A DNA stretch of 64,000 bases from Nannocystis bainbridge (GTDB lineage: Bacteria; Myxococcota_A; Polyangia; Nannocystales; Nannocystaceae), in the NCBI RefSeq assembly GCF_028368995.1, contig NZ_JAQNDL010000001.1:736001-800000 (forward strand), read 5' to 3'. A model generated the notes under the pieces. It did not search any database. It was not told where the DNA came from and saw only the letters and a list, made by a program, of their open reading frames with translations. The position numbers were made by a program, and so were the translations under genes. Every line of letters begins with the position of its first letter. Position 1 is the first letter of the stretch. Of the stretch, positions 20,798-30,495 are shown one piece after another.

Positions 20798-22039
20798 TCA
20801 CGCCGCCCGCCGCTCCCAGCGTAGCGGCAGCGAGCGCAGCCCTCGTAGGCTCGAGTAATCGTTCCAGTCCGCGCGGCCTTCCGCCCGGGCGAACGCCGGC
20901 AAGCGGCCGATCAGCTCCGTGAACGCGATCTTGCCTTCCAGCCGGGACAGCGGCGCCCCCACGCAGAAGTGGATCCCCTGCCCGAACGCCAGGTGACCGC
21001 GGGTATCGCGGTGAATGTCGAAGCGATCGGGCTCCGGGAATTGTCGCGGGTCGCGGTTCGCCGCGCTCAGCAGCAGCAGCACCAGCTCGCCCGCTGCCAA
21101 CTGCGTCCCCGCCACCTCGACCGCCGCCCTCGTGCGGCGGAACAGCATCGTCGCCGGCCCGTCGTAGCGCAGCACCTCCTCGATGAACGGCGGCACCAGC
21201 CCAGGATCGGCGCGCAGCTCCTCCAGCACCTCCGGGTGCTCGAGCAGCAGGTGCGTCCCTGTGGCGATCACATTGGTCGTCGTCTCGTTGCCTGCCACCA
21301 GCAGCAGCACCGCCGTCCCGAGCACCTCCCCGGCGGTGAGCGCTCCGTCCTCGCTCTCCGCGCGGACCAGCAGGCTGATCAGGTCGTCGCGCGGCCGCTC
21401 GCGGCGCGCCGCGATCATCGCCTGCAGGTATGCGAAAAGATCGCGTCGGCTCGCCACCAGCCGCACCGACTCCTGCCGCGACGCGCATTGCTCCCGCGTC
21501 ACCTTCGCCAGCGTCAGCAGATCATCGCTCCAGCGCTTGAACTCCGCCCCGCGCGCCGCATCGACCCCCAGCATCTCCGCGATCACCGTCACCGGCAGCG
21601 GGATCGCCAGGTCCGATACCACGTCGAATTGCTCGCGTTGCAAGATCGCATCGACCAGCCCGCTCGCGACCTGCTGCACCCGTCTCGCCAGCAGCGTCAT
21701 CGCCCGCGGCGTGAACGCGGCGCTGACCAGCTTGCGCAGCCGCGTGTGCTCCGGCGGGTCCGCGTTGAACATGCTCGGCCCACGCGCGCGCTCCAGCTCC
21801 TGCCACGCGCGCGCGTCGATGTGCGGCGGTCGCAGGCGATCGAGCCCCGTGTCCGACGAGAACAGCTCCGGCTGGCGGAGGATCCTCGCCACCTCCGCGT
21901 GGCGCGTCACGGCCCACCACCCGTAGCGCTGCAATCGATGGACCGGCGCCGCCTCGCGCATGTGGGCGAACAGCGGGTGCGGGTCGCTCGCCGCCTCGGG
22001 CGAGAACAGGGCCGTCGAGAAGTCCATGGCGTCCTCCAC
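20798..22039 (-). CDS. Cytochrome P450
   Basis: DPPEHTRLR, AGNETT, EEVLR, HLAFGQGIHFCVG. Confidence 0.97.
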   Translation of the reverse strand: MEDAMDFSTALFSPEAASDPHPLFAHMREAAPVHRLQRYGWWAVTRHAEVARILRQPELFSSDTGLDRLRPPHIDARAWQELERARGPSMFNADPPEHTRLRKLVSAAFTPRAMTLLARRVQQVASGLVDAILQREQFDVVSDLAIPLPVTVIAEMLGVDAARGAEFKRWSDDLLTLAKVTREQCASRQESVRLVASRRDLFAYLQAMIAARRERPRDDLISLLVRAESEDGALTAGEVLGTAVLLLVAGNETTTNVIATGTHLLLEHPEVLEELRADPGLVPPFIEEVLRYDGPATMLFRRTRAAVEVAGTQLAAGELVLLLLSAANRDPRQFPEPDRFDIHRDTRGHLAFGQGIHFCVGAPLSRLEGKIAFTELIGRLPAFARAEGRADWNDYSSLRGLRSLPLRWERRAA

Positions 22040-22263
22040 GCGGCCCAGGGTACGAGCGGCGCTCGCCGCAGCAACGCGACCACCGTGCGCGTGCCCGGGA
22101 GCCCGCAGAACCCGGCGCGCCTCGCCGCCGGCCTCACAGGCGCACGCAGCGTCGCCGCTGACCTCGGCGGGAGCCCCTCGCCGGCGCCCCCGCCGTCCTT
22201 CGCCCGCCCGAGCGCCGCTCCCGCCGGCGACGCTATCTCCTGGCGATCATCATGTGCCCTTCA

Positions 22264-22329
22264 GAACATGTCTCAAAGCACATGCCCCGAAGCCCATGCC
22301 CCGATAGACATGCCCTCACGGGCATGTCC
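22264..22329. repeat. 14-bp-phased RRRCATGYYY array (copy 6)
   Basis: CATG at 22267, 22281, 22295, 22309, 22323; immediately 3' of the P450 stop at 22336. Confidence 0.92.
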
Positions 22330-22335
22330 GAAAGT

Positions 22336-23613
22336 TCACCCGCGCACCGCCGGCACCGCCGCCGGCGTGCGGAAGAACAGGCTCGGCAGGTAGCTGCGGC
22401 GCGCTCCTTCGGCCAGGCGGAGGTTCGGCAGCGCCGCGCGCAGCGCCTGGATCGCCGCGCGGACCTCGAGCCGGGCCAGGCTCGCGCCGAGGCAGCTGTG
22501 CACGCCCCAGCCGAACCCGAGGTGGCGCGCGCCGTTCGGGCGGGTGAGGTCGAAGCGCAGCGGATCGGGGAACACGCGCGGGTCGTAGTTGGCCGCCCCG
22601 AAGAACGTCATCACCGTCGCGCCGGCCGGGATCTCCACCCCGCCCACGCTCGTCGCGCGGGTCGTGTGCCGCGGCTCCATCTGCACCGACGCATGCATGC
22701 GCAGGGTCTCCTCGATCGCAGCCTGCAGCAGCGCCGCGTCCTCCCCGACCCGCTGCCACAGCGACGGCTCGCCGAGCAGCGCGAACAGCAGCGAGCCCAT
22801 CAGGCTGGCCGACGTCTCGTAGCCCGCGAACAGCAGCACCACCAGGTGCGAGATCAGCTCCTCGGTCGACAACGCGTCCTCGCCCTCGCGCGCGCGCAGC
22901 AGCGCCGAGATCAGGTCGTCGGCCGGCTTGGCCCGGCGCTCGGCGATCAGATCGGCGTAGTAGCGCTGATAGGCGAGGAAGCCGTCGGCCGCGGTCAGCT
23001 TCGCCGCTTCATCCAGGGCGGGGTCGTACAATTTGAACCAGTCGTCTTGCCACAGCTTCAGCTGCGGCATGTCCTCGTACGGCACCCCGACCAGCGCCGC
23101 GATCACCCGCATCGGCAGCTTGAACGTGAAGTCGCGCATCATCTCGAGCTCGCCCTGCCCGCTGGCGAGCTCGGCCGCGAGCTCGCCGGCGAAGCGGCGG
23201 ATCTGCGGCTCCATCTCCGCCACCCGGTTCGGCGTGAACGCCTTCGAGAACAGCAGCCGCGCCCGCGTGTGCGACGGCGGGTCGTTGTTGAACAGCCCCG
23301 GCGGCAGCGGGAACGTACCTTGCTGCAGCCGCGCCAGCAGCTCGGGCGTGAACGGCACCACCGGCTCGAGCAGGCGCGCCGACGAGAACAGCCCCGGGTC
23401 GCGCAGCACGTGCATGACCTCCGCGTGGCTCGTCACCAGGTAGGCGAAGAACGCCTTGCTGTAGGCCACCGGCGCGCGCGCGTGGGCCTCCGCGTAGAAG
23501 CTGCGCGCCGGGTCCTCCTGGTACACCGGCGAGAACGGCTGGAACAGGTCGCCGACGGCGAGGCGCTCGGCCTCGGAAGCAGGTGAAGGGGACACGCGGG
23601 CGTCGTCGGTCAT
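22336..23613 (-). CDS. Cytochrome P450
   Basis: DPPSHTRAR, AGYETS, EETLR, HLGFGWGVHSCLG. Confidence 0.97.
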   Translation of the reverse strand: MTDDARVSPSPASEAERLAVGDLFQPFSPVYQEDPARSFYAEAHARAPVAYSKAFFAYLVTSHAEVMHVLRDPGLFSSARLLEPVVPFTPELLARLQQGTFPLPPGLFNNDPPSHTRARLLFSKAFTPNRVAEMEPQIRRFAGELAAELASGQGELEMMRDFTFKLPMRVIAALVGVPYEDMPQLKLWQDDWFKLYDPALDEAAKLTAADGFLAYQRYYADLIAERRAKPADDLISALLRAREGEDALSTEELISHLVVLLFAGYETSASLMGSLLFALLGEPSLWQRVGEDAALLQAAIEETLRMHASVQMEPRHTTRATSVGGVEIPAGATVMTFFGAANYDPRVFPDPLRFDLTRPNGARHLGFGWGVHSCLGASLARLEVRAAIQALRAALPNLRLAEGARRSYLPSLFFRTPAAVPAVRG

Positions 23614-23751
23614 CGCCTCCAGGGGTTACCAGACTCGCCCGCCTGCGAGCAATCGCCGGCGGTCGCGCGCACGGGCGCCCATGCATGTGCAAGCGGGTCC
23701 GCGTCCGCCGAGTCCGAAGCGGGGGACCGGGCCCCCCCTGGACGGACACGT

Positions 23752-23803
23752 GCCCGTGCTCTTTCGAACATGTCCTGGAGGACATGTACCGAAGATCACG
23801 CTG
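23752..23803. repeat. 14-bp-phased CATG array (copy 7)
   Basis: Cores at 23755(CGTG), 23769, 23783, 23797(CACG); in a divergent promoter region. Confidence 0.75.
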
Positions 23804-23951
23804 TGATCGCCGCGTTCACCGTGGCGGTCGAATGAGACAGTGGCACACACGAAACACCGCGGACAGCGCGTTGGGGGCTCTGATACCGTTGTTCCGACGC
23901 GGCGACATATGCGCCGCGCGTCGACATCAGCAGCCTCGAGGAGTTTTCGAA

Positions 23952-25421
23952 ATGACGATCCCTAGCACCCGACGAGCCTTCTTGCGTGGCGGCGCGGCCG
24001 CCGTCCCCGTCCTCGCCTTCAGCCCGTCGGCCCATGCCTGGCTGGCCTGCACCGACGCAGCCGCCGACGCGATCGCGATCCCTGGCCTCGACGGCGAGCT
24101 CTTGACCGCCCCAGCCGACCGCGCCGCCGCGGCCGACGACTGGGGTCACATCGTCAGCGACATGCCGCTCGCGGTCCTCGTGCCCGCCTCGGTCGACGAC
24201 GTTCGCAAGGCCGTCAAGTTCTGCCGGAAGCACTGCATCAAGGTCGGGCCGATGAGCATGGTCGGCAACAGCCACAGCACGCAGGGTCAGTCGCAGGCCA
24301 AGTGTGGCCTCGTGATCGACATGTCGGGGCTCTCGGAGATCCACGCCGTCAACGCCACCGACGCGGTGGTCGACGCCGGTGTGCGGTGGTTCGAGCTGCT
24401 GCAGCAGACCCTGCCGCTCGGCAAGAGCCCGCCCGTGCTCACCGACCACATCGACCTCAGCGTCGGCGGCACGCTCTCGGTCGGCGGCATCGGCGGTCAG
24501 ACCCCGCAGCACGGCCTACAGGCCGACAACGCGCTCGAGCTGTGGGTCGTCACCGGCGACGGTGACCTCGAGGTGTGCTCGCCGACCAGCAACGCCACCC
24601 TCTTCAACAGCGTGCGCGGCGGCCTCGGGCAGTTCGGCATCATCGTCAAGGCGCGCGTCAAGCTGATCGCCGTCAAGCCGCTGGCGCGCCGCTACTCCGC
24701 CGTCTACGCCGACGTCGCCACCCTGCTGGCCGACCAGGTCGCGCTGATGAACGAGGGTCGGTTCGACTACGTGGAGGGCCTCGCCTTCCCGCAGCCCGAC
24801 GACAGCTACGTGCTCACGATCGAGGCCGTCAAGTACTTCGACGCCGGCTCGCCGCCGAATGACGCCGCCATGATCGCCGGCCTCCATTTCATCCCCGGCA
24901 CCGACACGGCCGAGACCCTGCCGCTTTACGACTTCTACAACCGCCTGGAGCCGATCGTCGAGTTCACCAAGTTCACCTGCGAGTGGTACCTGCCCCACCC
25001 GCTCACCGACTTCTTCCTGCCGCTCTCGGAGGCCGCCGACTTCATCGAGTCGACCCTCGCCCAGACCCCGGCCGTCGACGTCGGCTACGGCCCCGTGCTC
25101 ATCTACCCGTTCCCCAGGGCCAAGGTGACCGCGCCGTTCATCCCGCTGCCCAACGAGAAGGTGACCGTGCTGTTCTCGCTGCTGCGCTGGGCGTCCTCGG
25201 CGGACCCTGCGGTGGCGGCGGACCTGGTGGAGAAGAACCGCACGGTCTACGAGGGTGTGCGTGAAGTCGGCGGAAAGCGCTACTCGATCGGCAGCGTCGA
25301 GCTGTCGTTCGCCGACTGGATCCTCCACTTCGGCGCCCGTTGGCCGCAGTTCTTGGCACGCAAGTTGATCTTCGATCCCAAAAACACCCTGACGCCCGGC
25401 CAGGGCATCTTCCCTTGGTGA
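23952..25421 (+). CDS. Tat-exported FAD-binding oxidoreductase, cytokinin-dehydrogenase-like (VAO family)
   Basis: STRRAFL Tat motif; ADDWGHIV, HSTQGQSQ, LSVGGTLSVGGIGG, GGLGQFGII, PHP, FDPKNTLTPGQGIF. Confidence 0.88.
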   Translation: MTIPSTRRAFLRGGAAAVPVLAFSPSAHAWLACTDAAADAIAIPGLDGELLTAPADRAAAADDWGHIVSDMPLAVLVPASVDDVRKAVKFCRKHCIKVGPMSMVGNSHSTQGQSQAKCGLVIDMSGLSEIHAVNATDAVVDAGVRWFELLQQTLPLGKSPPVLTDHIDLSVGGTLSVGGIGGQTPQHGLQADNALELWVVTGDGDLEVCSPTSNATLFNSVRGGLGQFGIIVKARVKLIAVKPLARRYSAVYADVATLLADQVALMNEGRFDYVEGLAFPQPDDSYVLTIEAVKYFDAGSPPNDAAMIAGLHFIPGTDTAETLPLYDFYNRLEPIVEFTKFTCEWYLPHPLTDFFLPLSEAADFIESTLAQTPAVDVGYGPVLIYPFPRAKVTAPFIPLPNEKVTVLFSLLRWASSADPAVAADLVEKNRTVYEGVREVGGKRYSIGSVELSFADWILHFGARWPQFLARKLIFDPKNTLTPGQGIFPW

Positions 25422-25510
25422 TGGCGAACTCGGCGCCGCGCGCGGCCTCGCTCGCGGCGCGATTCAACGTGCACCCAACACCCTGCCGGTCCGCTATCCT
25501 GACCGCGCGC

Positions 25511-25945
25511 ATGAGCGAGTCGTTCATCCCCCGTGACGCCCGCGGCGTCATCGACACCCGTACCGAACGGCTGTGGCTTCACCCCGATGGTTACGTGATC
25601 GGCGAAGTGCGACCCGGCCTCATCGCCGACCTCGATGACGCGATCATCAACGTCGAGGCCGTGGCCAAGCTGGCCGTCGGCATTCCGCGGCCGCTGCTGC
25701 TCGACATGCGCGCCCACGCGAGCTCGGCGACCCGCGAATGTCGCGAGTACTACGCCGGCGCCGAGGCCCAGCGGGTCAACCTCGCGGTGGCGATGCTGGT
25801 GCGCTCGAACGTCAGCCGCGTGATCGGCAACTTCTTCCTCGGCCTCAACAAGACCCGCTTCCCGTTCCGCATGTTCGCCGACGTCGACGAGGCGACCGCC
25901 TGGCTGCGCAGCTTCATCGCCAAGGGCCCTGCCGAGCGGTCGTAG
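25511..25945 (+). CDS. Small STAS/SpoIIAA-like protein (paralog 1)
   Basis: PLLLDMR, RECREYY, SRVIGNFF, PFRMF.D.DEA.AWL. Confidence 0.75.
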   Translation: MSESFIPRDARGVIDTRTERLWLHPDGYVIGEVRPGLIADLDDAIINVEAVAKLAVGIPRPLLLDMRAHASSATRECREYYAGAEAQRVNLAVAMLVRSNVSRVIGNFFLGLNKTRFPFRMFADVDEATAWLRSFIAKGPAERS

Positions 25946-25955
25946 GGACGATCCC

Positions 25956-26339
25956 ATGGCCCAGCGAGAGATCGTCACCCGCACCGAACGGATCTGGATC
26001 GAGGACGGCATCGTGCGCTGCGTGGTGCTGGCCACGGCCACCCACACGCTTGAAGACGCCGAGGTGAACGCGCGCACCGTCGTCGAGCTGGCCGAGGGTC
26101 GCAAGCTGCCGATGCTGCTCGACACCCGGGACTCGCGCGGCCTCGACCGCGACGCGCGCCTCTTTTACGTCCGCCCCGAGGCCGCCGAGCAGGTCTCGGC
26201 GCTGGCGATGCTGATCGACTCGCAGATCGGCCGCATGTTCGGCAACTTCTACACCAACGTCCACAGGCCGCCGTTCCCGCTGCGCCTGTTCAACACCGAG
26301 AGCGACGCGGTCGCCTGGCTCAAAGCGCAGGTCGTGTGA
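25956..26339 (+). CDS. Small STAS/SpoIIAA-like protein (paralog 2)
   Basis: PMLLDTR, RDARLFY, GRMFGNFY, PLRLF.TESDA.AWL; colinear with the upstream paralog. Confidence 0.75.
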   Translation: MAQREIVTRTERIWIEDGIVRCVVLATATHTLEDAEVNARTVVELAEGRKLPMLLDTRDSRGLDRDARLFYVRPEAAEQVSALAMLIDSQIGRMFGNFYTNVHRPPFPLRLFNTESDAVAWLKAQVV

Positions 26340-27445
26340 ACGATCCGTCAGGCCATCGGCCCGGGCGGGACCCCGCCGCGGAGCCACCGGACGCCCGCAT
26401 CGCCGCGCTGCTGCGGGCCGCCGCCGCGCTGGCGCCCGACGCCGCCGCGTTCGCCAGCGACCCGCGGGCCGCCGCCGAGACCGCCCTGGCCGTCGCCGCC
26501 GCCGAGCTCGCGGCCCTGCGCGCCTATCGCGAGCGGACCGAGCGGCAGATGGAGGAGCTCTTCAACACCATCACCGCCTACGCGGCGCTCGAGTACGACC
26601 GCCGCGCCGTGGTCCTCGACGACAACGACGAGCTCATCAACGCGATGGCGATCGGCCTCAACATGATGGGCGAGGAGCTGTCGCACACGATGAAGGCGCT
26701 GGTGCGCGCGCGCGACGAGGCGCTGGCCGCCAGCCGGGCCAAGAGCGCCTTCCTCGCCAACATCAGCCACGAGCTGCGCACGCCGCTGAACGCGATCATC
26801 GGCTACGCCGAGATCATCCGCGAGGACCTGGTCGAGACCGGCCAGGACGCGCTGACCCTCGACGTCGACCGCCTGCAGGTCGCCTCGCGCCACCTGCTCA
26901 ACCTCATCCAGGACGTCCTCGACCTCGCGCGCATCGAGGCCGGCCGCGTCGACGTGCGGCTCGAGACGACCGACCTGCGCACGCTGCTGCAGGAGCTGCA
27001 GACCACCCTGGCGCCCTCGGTCAAGGACGCCGGCAACGTGCTGCACGCGCGCGTGCAGGTCAGCCGCCCGCAGATCCTCACCGACCCGCTGCGGCTGCAG
27101 CAGATCCTGCTCAACATCCTCGGCAACGCCAACAAGTTCACCGTCGGCGGCGACATCACCCTCTCGGCCGGCGACCACGTCGAGCACGGCCGCGATTTCG
27201 TCGACATCACCGTCGCCGACACCGGCATCGGCATCCCCGCCGACAAGCTCGAGACCATCTTCGACGCCTTCACCCAGGTCGACGAGACCTCGACCCGCCG
27301 CTTCGGCGGCACCGGCCTCGGATTGGCCATCAGCCGCCGCCTGTGCGACCTGCTCGGCGGCTCGATCGTCGTCACCAGCGAGCTGCGCCGCGGCTCGACC
27401 TTCCGCGTGCGCCTGCCGGTCGACGGCCCCGAGCGGCACCGCTGA
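26336..27445 (+). CDS. Cytoplasmic sensor histidine kinase
   Basis: AKSAFLANISHELRTPLN, QILLNILGNANKFT, DTGIGI, GGTGLGL; GTGA overlap with the upstream gene. Confidence 0.95.
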   Translation: MNDPSGHRPGRDPAAEPPDARIAALLRAAAALAPDAAAFASDPRAAAETALAVAAAELAALRAYRERTERQMEELFNTITAYAALEYDRRAVVLDDNDELINAMAIGLNMMGEELSHTMKALVRARDEALAASRAKSAFLANISHELRTPLNAIIGYAEIIREDLVETGQDALTLDVDRLQVASRHLLNLIQDVLDLARIEAGRVDVRLETTDLRTLLQELQTTLAPSVKDAGNVLHARVQVSRPQILTDPLRLQQILLNILGNANKFTVGGDITLSAGDHVEHGRDFVDITVADTGIGIPADKLETIFDAFTQVDETSTRRFGGTGLGLAISRRLCDLLGGSIVVTSELRRGSTFRVRLPVDGPERHR

Positions 27446-27494
27446 CCTGCTCGCCGGGACATGTCCTCGCAGACATGTCCCGAGGCACAGCTCA
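27443..27494. repeat. 14-bp-phased CATG array (copy 8)
   Basis: Cores at 27446(CCTG), 27460, 27474, 27488(CAGC); fills the gap between convergent stops. Confidence 0.85.
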
Positions 27495-29471
27495 GAACGA
27501 GCCGATCATCTTGAAGTAGACGATCGACGAGCCGGTCGCCCGCTGGCCGAAGTAGGTCTTGTCGCCGCCGAGCAGGGCGAAGCTGCCGAGCTCGAAGTTG
27601 ACGTAGCCCCACGGCGGCGCGAACAGCAGCGCCGGCGCGATCACCCCCGAGGGCCCCTTGGTCTTCGGGTTGTTGCCCGGCAGGTCGACCATGCCGAACG
27701 CGCGGAACACCAGCTTGCGGCCGAAGAAGATCAGGTCGGTGCCGCCGAGGATGTAGTTGCCGATGTGGCCGGCGCCGAACTCGTTGATCATGCCGCGCAG
27801 GTACTGCGCCTGCACGTACACGTGCTTGCCGAAGGTGTAGTCGAACCCGGCGGTGGCCTTGATGAACGGCTGCTTCTTGATCGCCGGGCCGGAGATGAAC
27901 GCCTCCGGGTTGGCCATGTTGTCGTTCGGCGTGACGTCGACGCCACCGCCGGGCAACGGCGGCAGGTCGATCGTGAACTGCCTGGCCTCGGGGATGATGA
28001 GGGCCGCCTCGCCCCACAGGCCCATGTTGCCGAGGAACGGCACCTGGGTGGCGAAATCGAGGCCGATGACCTGCATCTTGGGATAGATGAGGCGCACGTC
28101 CGAGCGGAAGTGATAGCCGTCCGGCGGGTCGGTCGGATCGTTGAGCGCGTGGACCTGCGTCGTCTTGGCCTCGACCGGCAGCGGGATGTCGTGGCGGCCG
28201 TAGTAGTACGACGCGCTGATGTCGACCTCGCCGAGCCGCGAGCCCATCTTGAACGCGAACTGCCCGTTGGAGAACTTGTTCTCGGGCATCTCGACGTGGC
28301 CGAACACCCGCGGCACCAGCTTGGGGTTCTTCGGCAGGTAGTCATCCTGCAGGTACGTGATCTTCGCCAGCTCGCGGTCGTTGGCGAACGGCGTCTCGGC
28401 GTACGGGTCCCTCAAGCCGGCGGCCGCCGACGGGGGCAGCAGCGCCGGGAAGAACAGCGGGATGTAGACGCCCTGGAAGTAGAGCTTGTCGCGGTCGCGC
28501 AGCGGCGAGTAGTCGATCACCGCCATCTGGTTGGCGATCGGCTCGGTGAACAGCGGCCGATCCTCGAGGTCGTCGGCGTTGATGTTGTTGGTCGGGTTGA
28601 ACTTGTCGGCGGTGCCCCACACGACGATCTGGCGCCCGATCTTGATGTCGAGGCCGGGGGCGATGTCGGTGAGGGCGACGTAGGCCGCGCGGCTCTCGAG
28701 GTGGAACCGCTGGATGTAGACCTGCGAGGCCAGGTCGTCGAGCTCGCGCGACTGGTTGGTGCCCATCAGCACCGGGTCGACCTCGCCGACCACCTGCACG
28801 TGCTTGTTCGGCGTGTACGCGAAGTAGAACTCGAAGCGGTTCTCGTTACGGCTGATCTTGCGCGTCTCGACGCGGTCGACGTCGTAGTGGAGGCTGCTGA
28901 TGATGCGGAAGCGCGTGTGCAGCTTGCCGCCCGTCTTCTGCAGGATCTGCTCGCTCGGGCTCTGCAGCTTCTGCTTGCCCACCGGCGCGTCGGCCTGCTT
29001 GCTCGCCGGCTCCGCCGTGGTCGAGACCGTCGTCGTCGGCCCGGTCGAAGCGCCCGCGGGCTGGCTGCTGCCGCCGCCGAACACGTCGTCCATCTCGAGG
29101 TCGCGCGCCGTGGTCGTGCCCGCCGGCTCGCTGCCCCGCGCCGGCGCCTCGGACGAACCAGTGTCGGCGCCAGCGCCGAACACGTCGTCCATCGACAGCG
29201 CGCCGCTATCGCCCGGCTTCGCGGCCGGCTTCGTTGCCTCGGGCGGCTTCGCTGCCTCGGCTGGCTTCGCTGCCTCGGGCGGCGGTTTGGCCGCGCCGGT
29301 GCCGAACACGTCGTCGACCGAGACGTCGGTGTTCGGCTTCGCCGTCTTGGCCGCGCCCGGCTTGTCCGGGACGCCCTCGGGGCCTTGATAGTCGCGAGCA
29401 GCAGGCGCATGGGTCACGGCCCAGAGCGCCCACTGCAGACAGGAGATCGTTACGCCGACGGGGGGTAGCAC
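27492..29471 (-). CDS. Outer-membrane beta-barrel protein (DUF1302-like)
   Basis: KIGRQIVVWGTADKFNPTN motif, terminal Phe, N-terminal MDDVFG repeats; lies downstream of LolA-like and MMPL genes. Confidence 0.75.
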   Translation of the reverse strand: MLPPVGVTISCLQWALWAVTHAPAARDYQGPEGVPDKPGAAKTAKPNTDVSVDDVFGTGAAKPPPEAAKPAEAAKPPEATKPAAKPGDSGALSMDDVFGAGADTGSSEAPARGSEPAGTTTARDLEMDDVFGGGSSQPAGASTGPTTTVSTTAEPASKQADAPVGKQKLQSPSEQILQKTGGKLHTRFRIISSLHYDVDRVETRKISRNENRFEFYFAYTPNKHVQVVGEVDPVLMGTNQSRELDDLASQVYIQRFHLESRAAYVALTDIAPGLDIKIGRQIVVWGTADKFNPTNNINADDLEDRPLFTEPIANQMAVIDYSPLRDRDKLYFQGVYIPLFFPALLPPSAAAGLRDPYAETPFANDRELAKITYLQDDYLPKNPKLVPRVFGHVEMPENKFSNGQFAFKMGSRLGEVDISASYYYGRHDIPLPVEAKTTQVHALNDPTDPPDGYHFRSDVRLIYPKMQVIGLDFATQVPFLGNMGLWGEAALIIPEARQFTIDLPPLPGGGVDVTPNDNMANPEAFISGPAIKKQPFIKATAGFDYTFGKHVYVQAQYLRGMINEFGAGHIGNYILGGTDLIFFGRKLVFRAFGMVDLPGNNPKTKGPSGVIAPALLFAPPWGYVNFELGSFALLGGDKTYFGQRATGSSIVYFKMIGSF

Positions 29472-29488
29472 CGAAGGTCACGCGAAGA

Positions 29489-30259
29489 TCACCCGCGCAT
29501 CAGCGTGCGGCGGGAGAACAGATCGTCGGAGACAGGGGTCTTCACGTCGATCTCGGACAGGTTGATGACGGTCTCGTCGCCCGTCTTGAGGTTCTTCATG
29601 CGGATCTTGGTCGGGATCTGGGTCCCCTCGAACGGGGTCCACGCCTCGCGCACCTGGGTGCGGACGTGCTTGCCGGAGGGGTCGAAGTAGTGGATGCGAG
29701 AGACGCCGCCGACCTTCGAGTCGATGAAGATCTCGAGCTTGCTGAACGAGCTCGTCTGGCCGGTCTTCGGCTTGAGCACCAGCTTGGTCTCGTCGCCGGT
29801 CTTGCCGATCAGCTCGGCGTCGAACGACGGCGACAGCTTGGCGAGCACCATGTCCTCGGGCGTGAACTCGCTGCCGAGGAAGCCCTGGTTCTGCATGTGG
29901 GCCGCCACGCGGCGGACCTTCTGGAACTCGGGGCTGTACATGTAGATGGTGTCGCGGTCCTCCATGAGGATCTTCATGCCGGCGACATCACCAGGGGCGG
30001 TGAAGTGGATGAACTGCTTCTCCAGCCCCTTCATCGACATCTTGAAGACCATCGTCTGGCGGAGGTTGCCGCTCTTGAAGATCTCCATCGACGCCGTATA
30101 GGTCTGATCGGGGAACTTGGCGGCCCGCTCGTCGGCGACCTTGAGGATCGCAGCACCCTTGCTGAACGCGTCCTCGGCGGCGCTGACTGCTTGCGGGGCG
30201 ACCATCACGGTCGCGGGCAACACGAGGGCCGAGGCGAGGAGGAAGGTGACTGACTTCAT
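29489..30259 (-). CDS. Outer-membrane lipoprotein-sorting protein (LolA-like)
   Basis: Signal peptide; F.APGDVAG, KVRRVA, FLGSEFTPED, DDLFS.R.L. Confidence 0.88.
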   Translation of the reverse strand: MKSVTFLLASALVLPATVMVAPQAVSAAEDAFSKGAAILKVADERAAKFPDQTYTASMEIFKSGNLRQTMVFKMSMKGLEKQFIHFTAPGDVAGMKILMEDRDTIYMYSPEFQKVRRVAAHMQNQGFLGSEFTPEDMVLAKLSPSFDAELIGKTGDETKLVLKPKTGQTSSFSKLEIFIDSKVGGVSRIHYFDPSGKHVRTQVREAWTPFEGTQIPTKIRMKNLKTGDETVINLSEIDVKTPVSDDLFSRRTLMRG

Positions 30260-30495
30260 GGCTTCGAGCTCCGGATTGTATCAGGGGGACAGGTGACGCG
30301 CGCCGCCACGCCGGGCGACCGCACGCGGCGCGTTGGACGACCGGACTCGCCGGCTATTCTGCCCGGGCCGCGCCATGACACCCAGTTGTGGGCGATAAAG
30401 ACGGAGCGCGCCGCCCGAGAGCACGACCTCTCGCATGAGGCCGGTGATCCGGATCACACAAGTCACTCCGCGGCCTCCGCGACAGTGCTGCGCAC

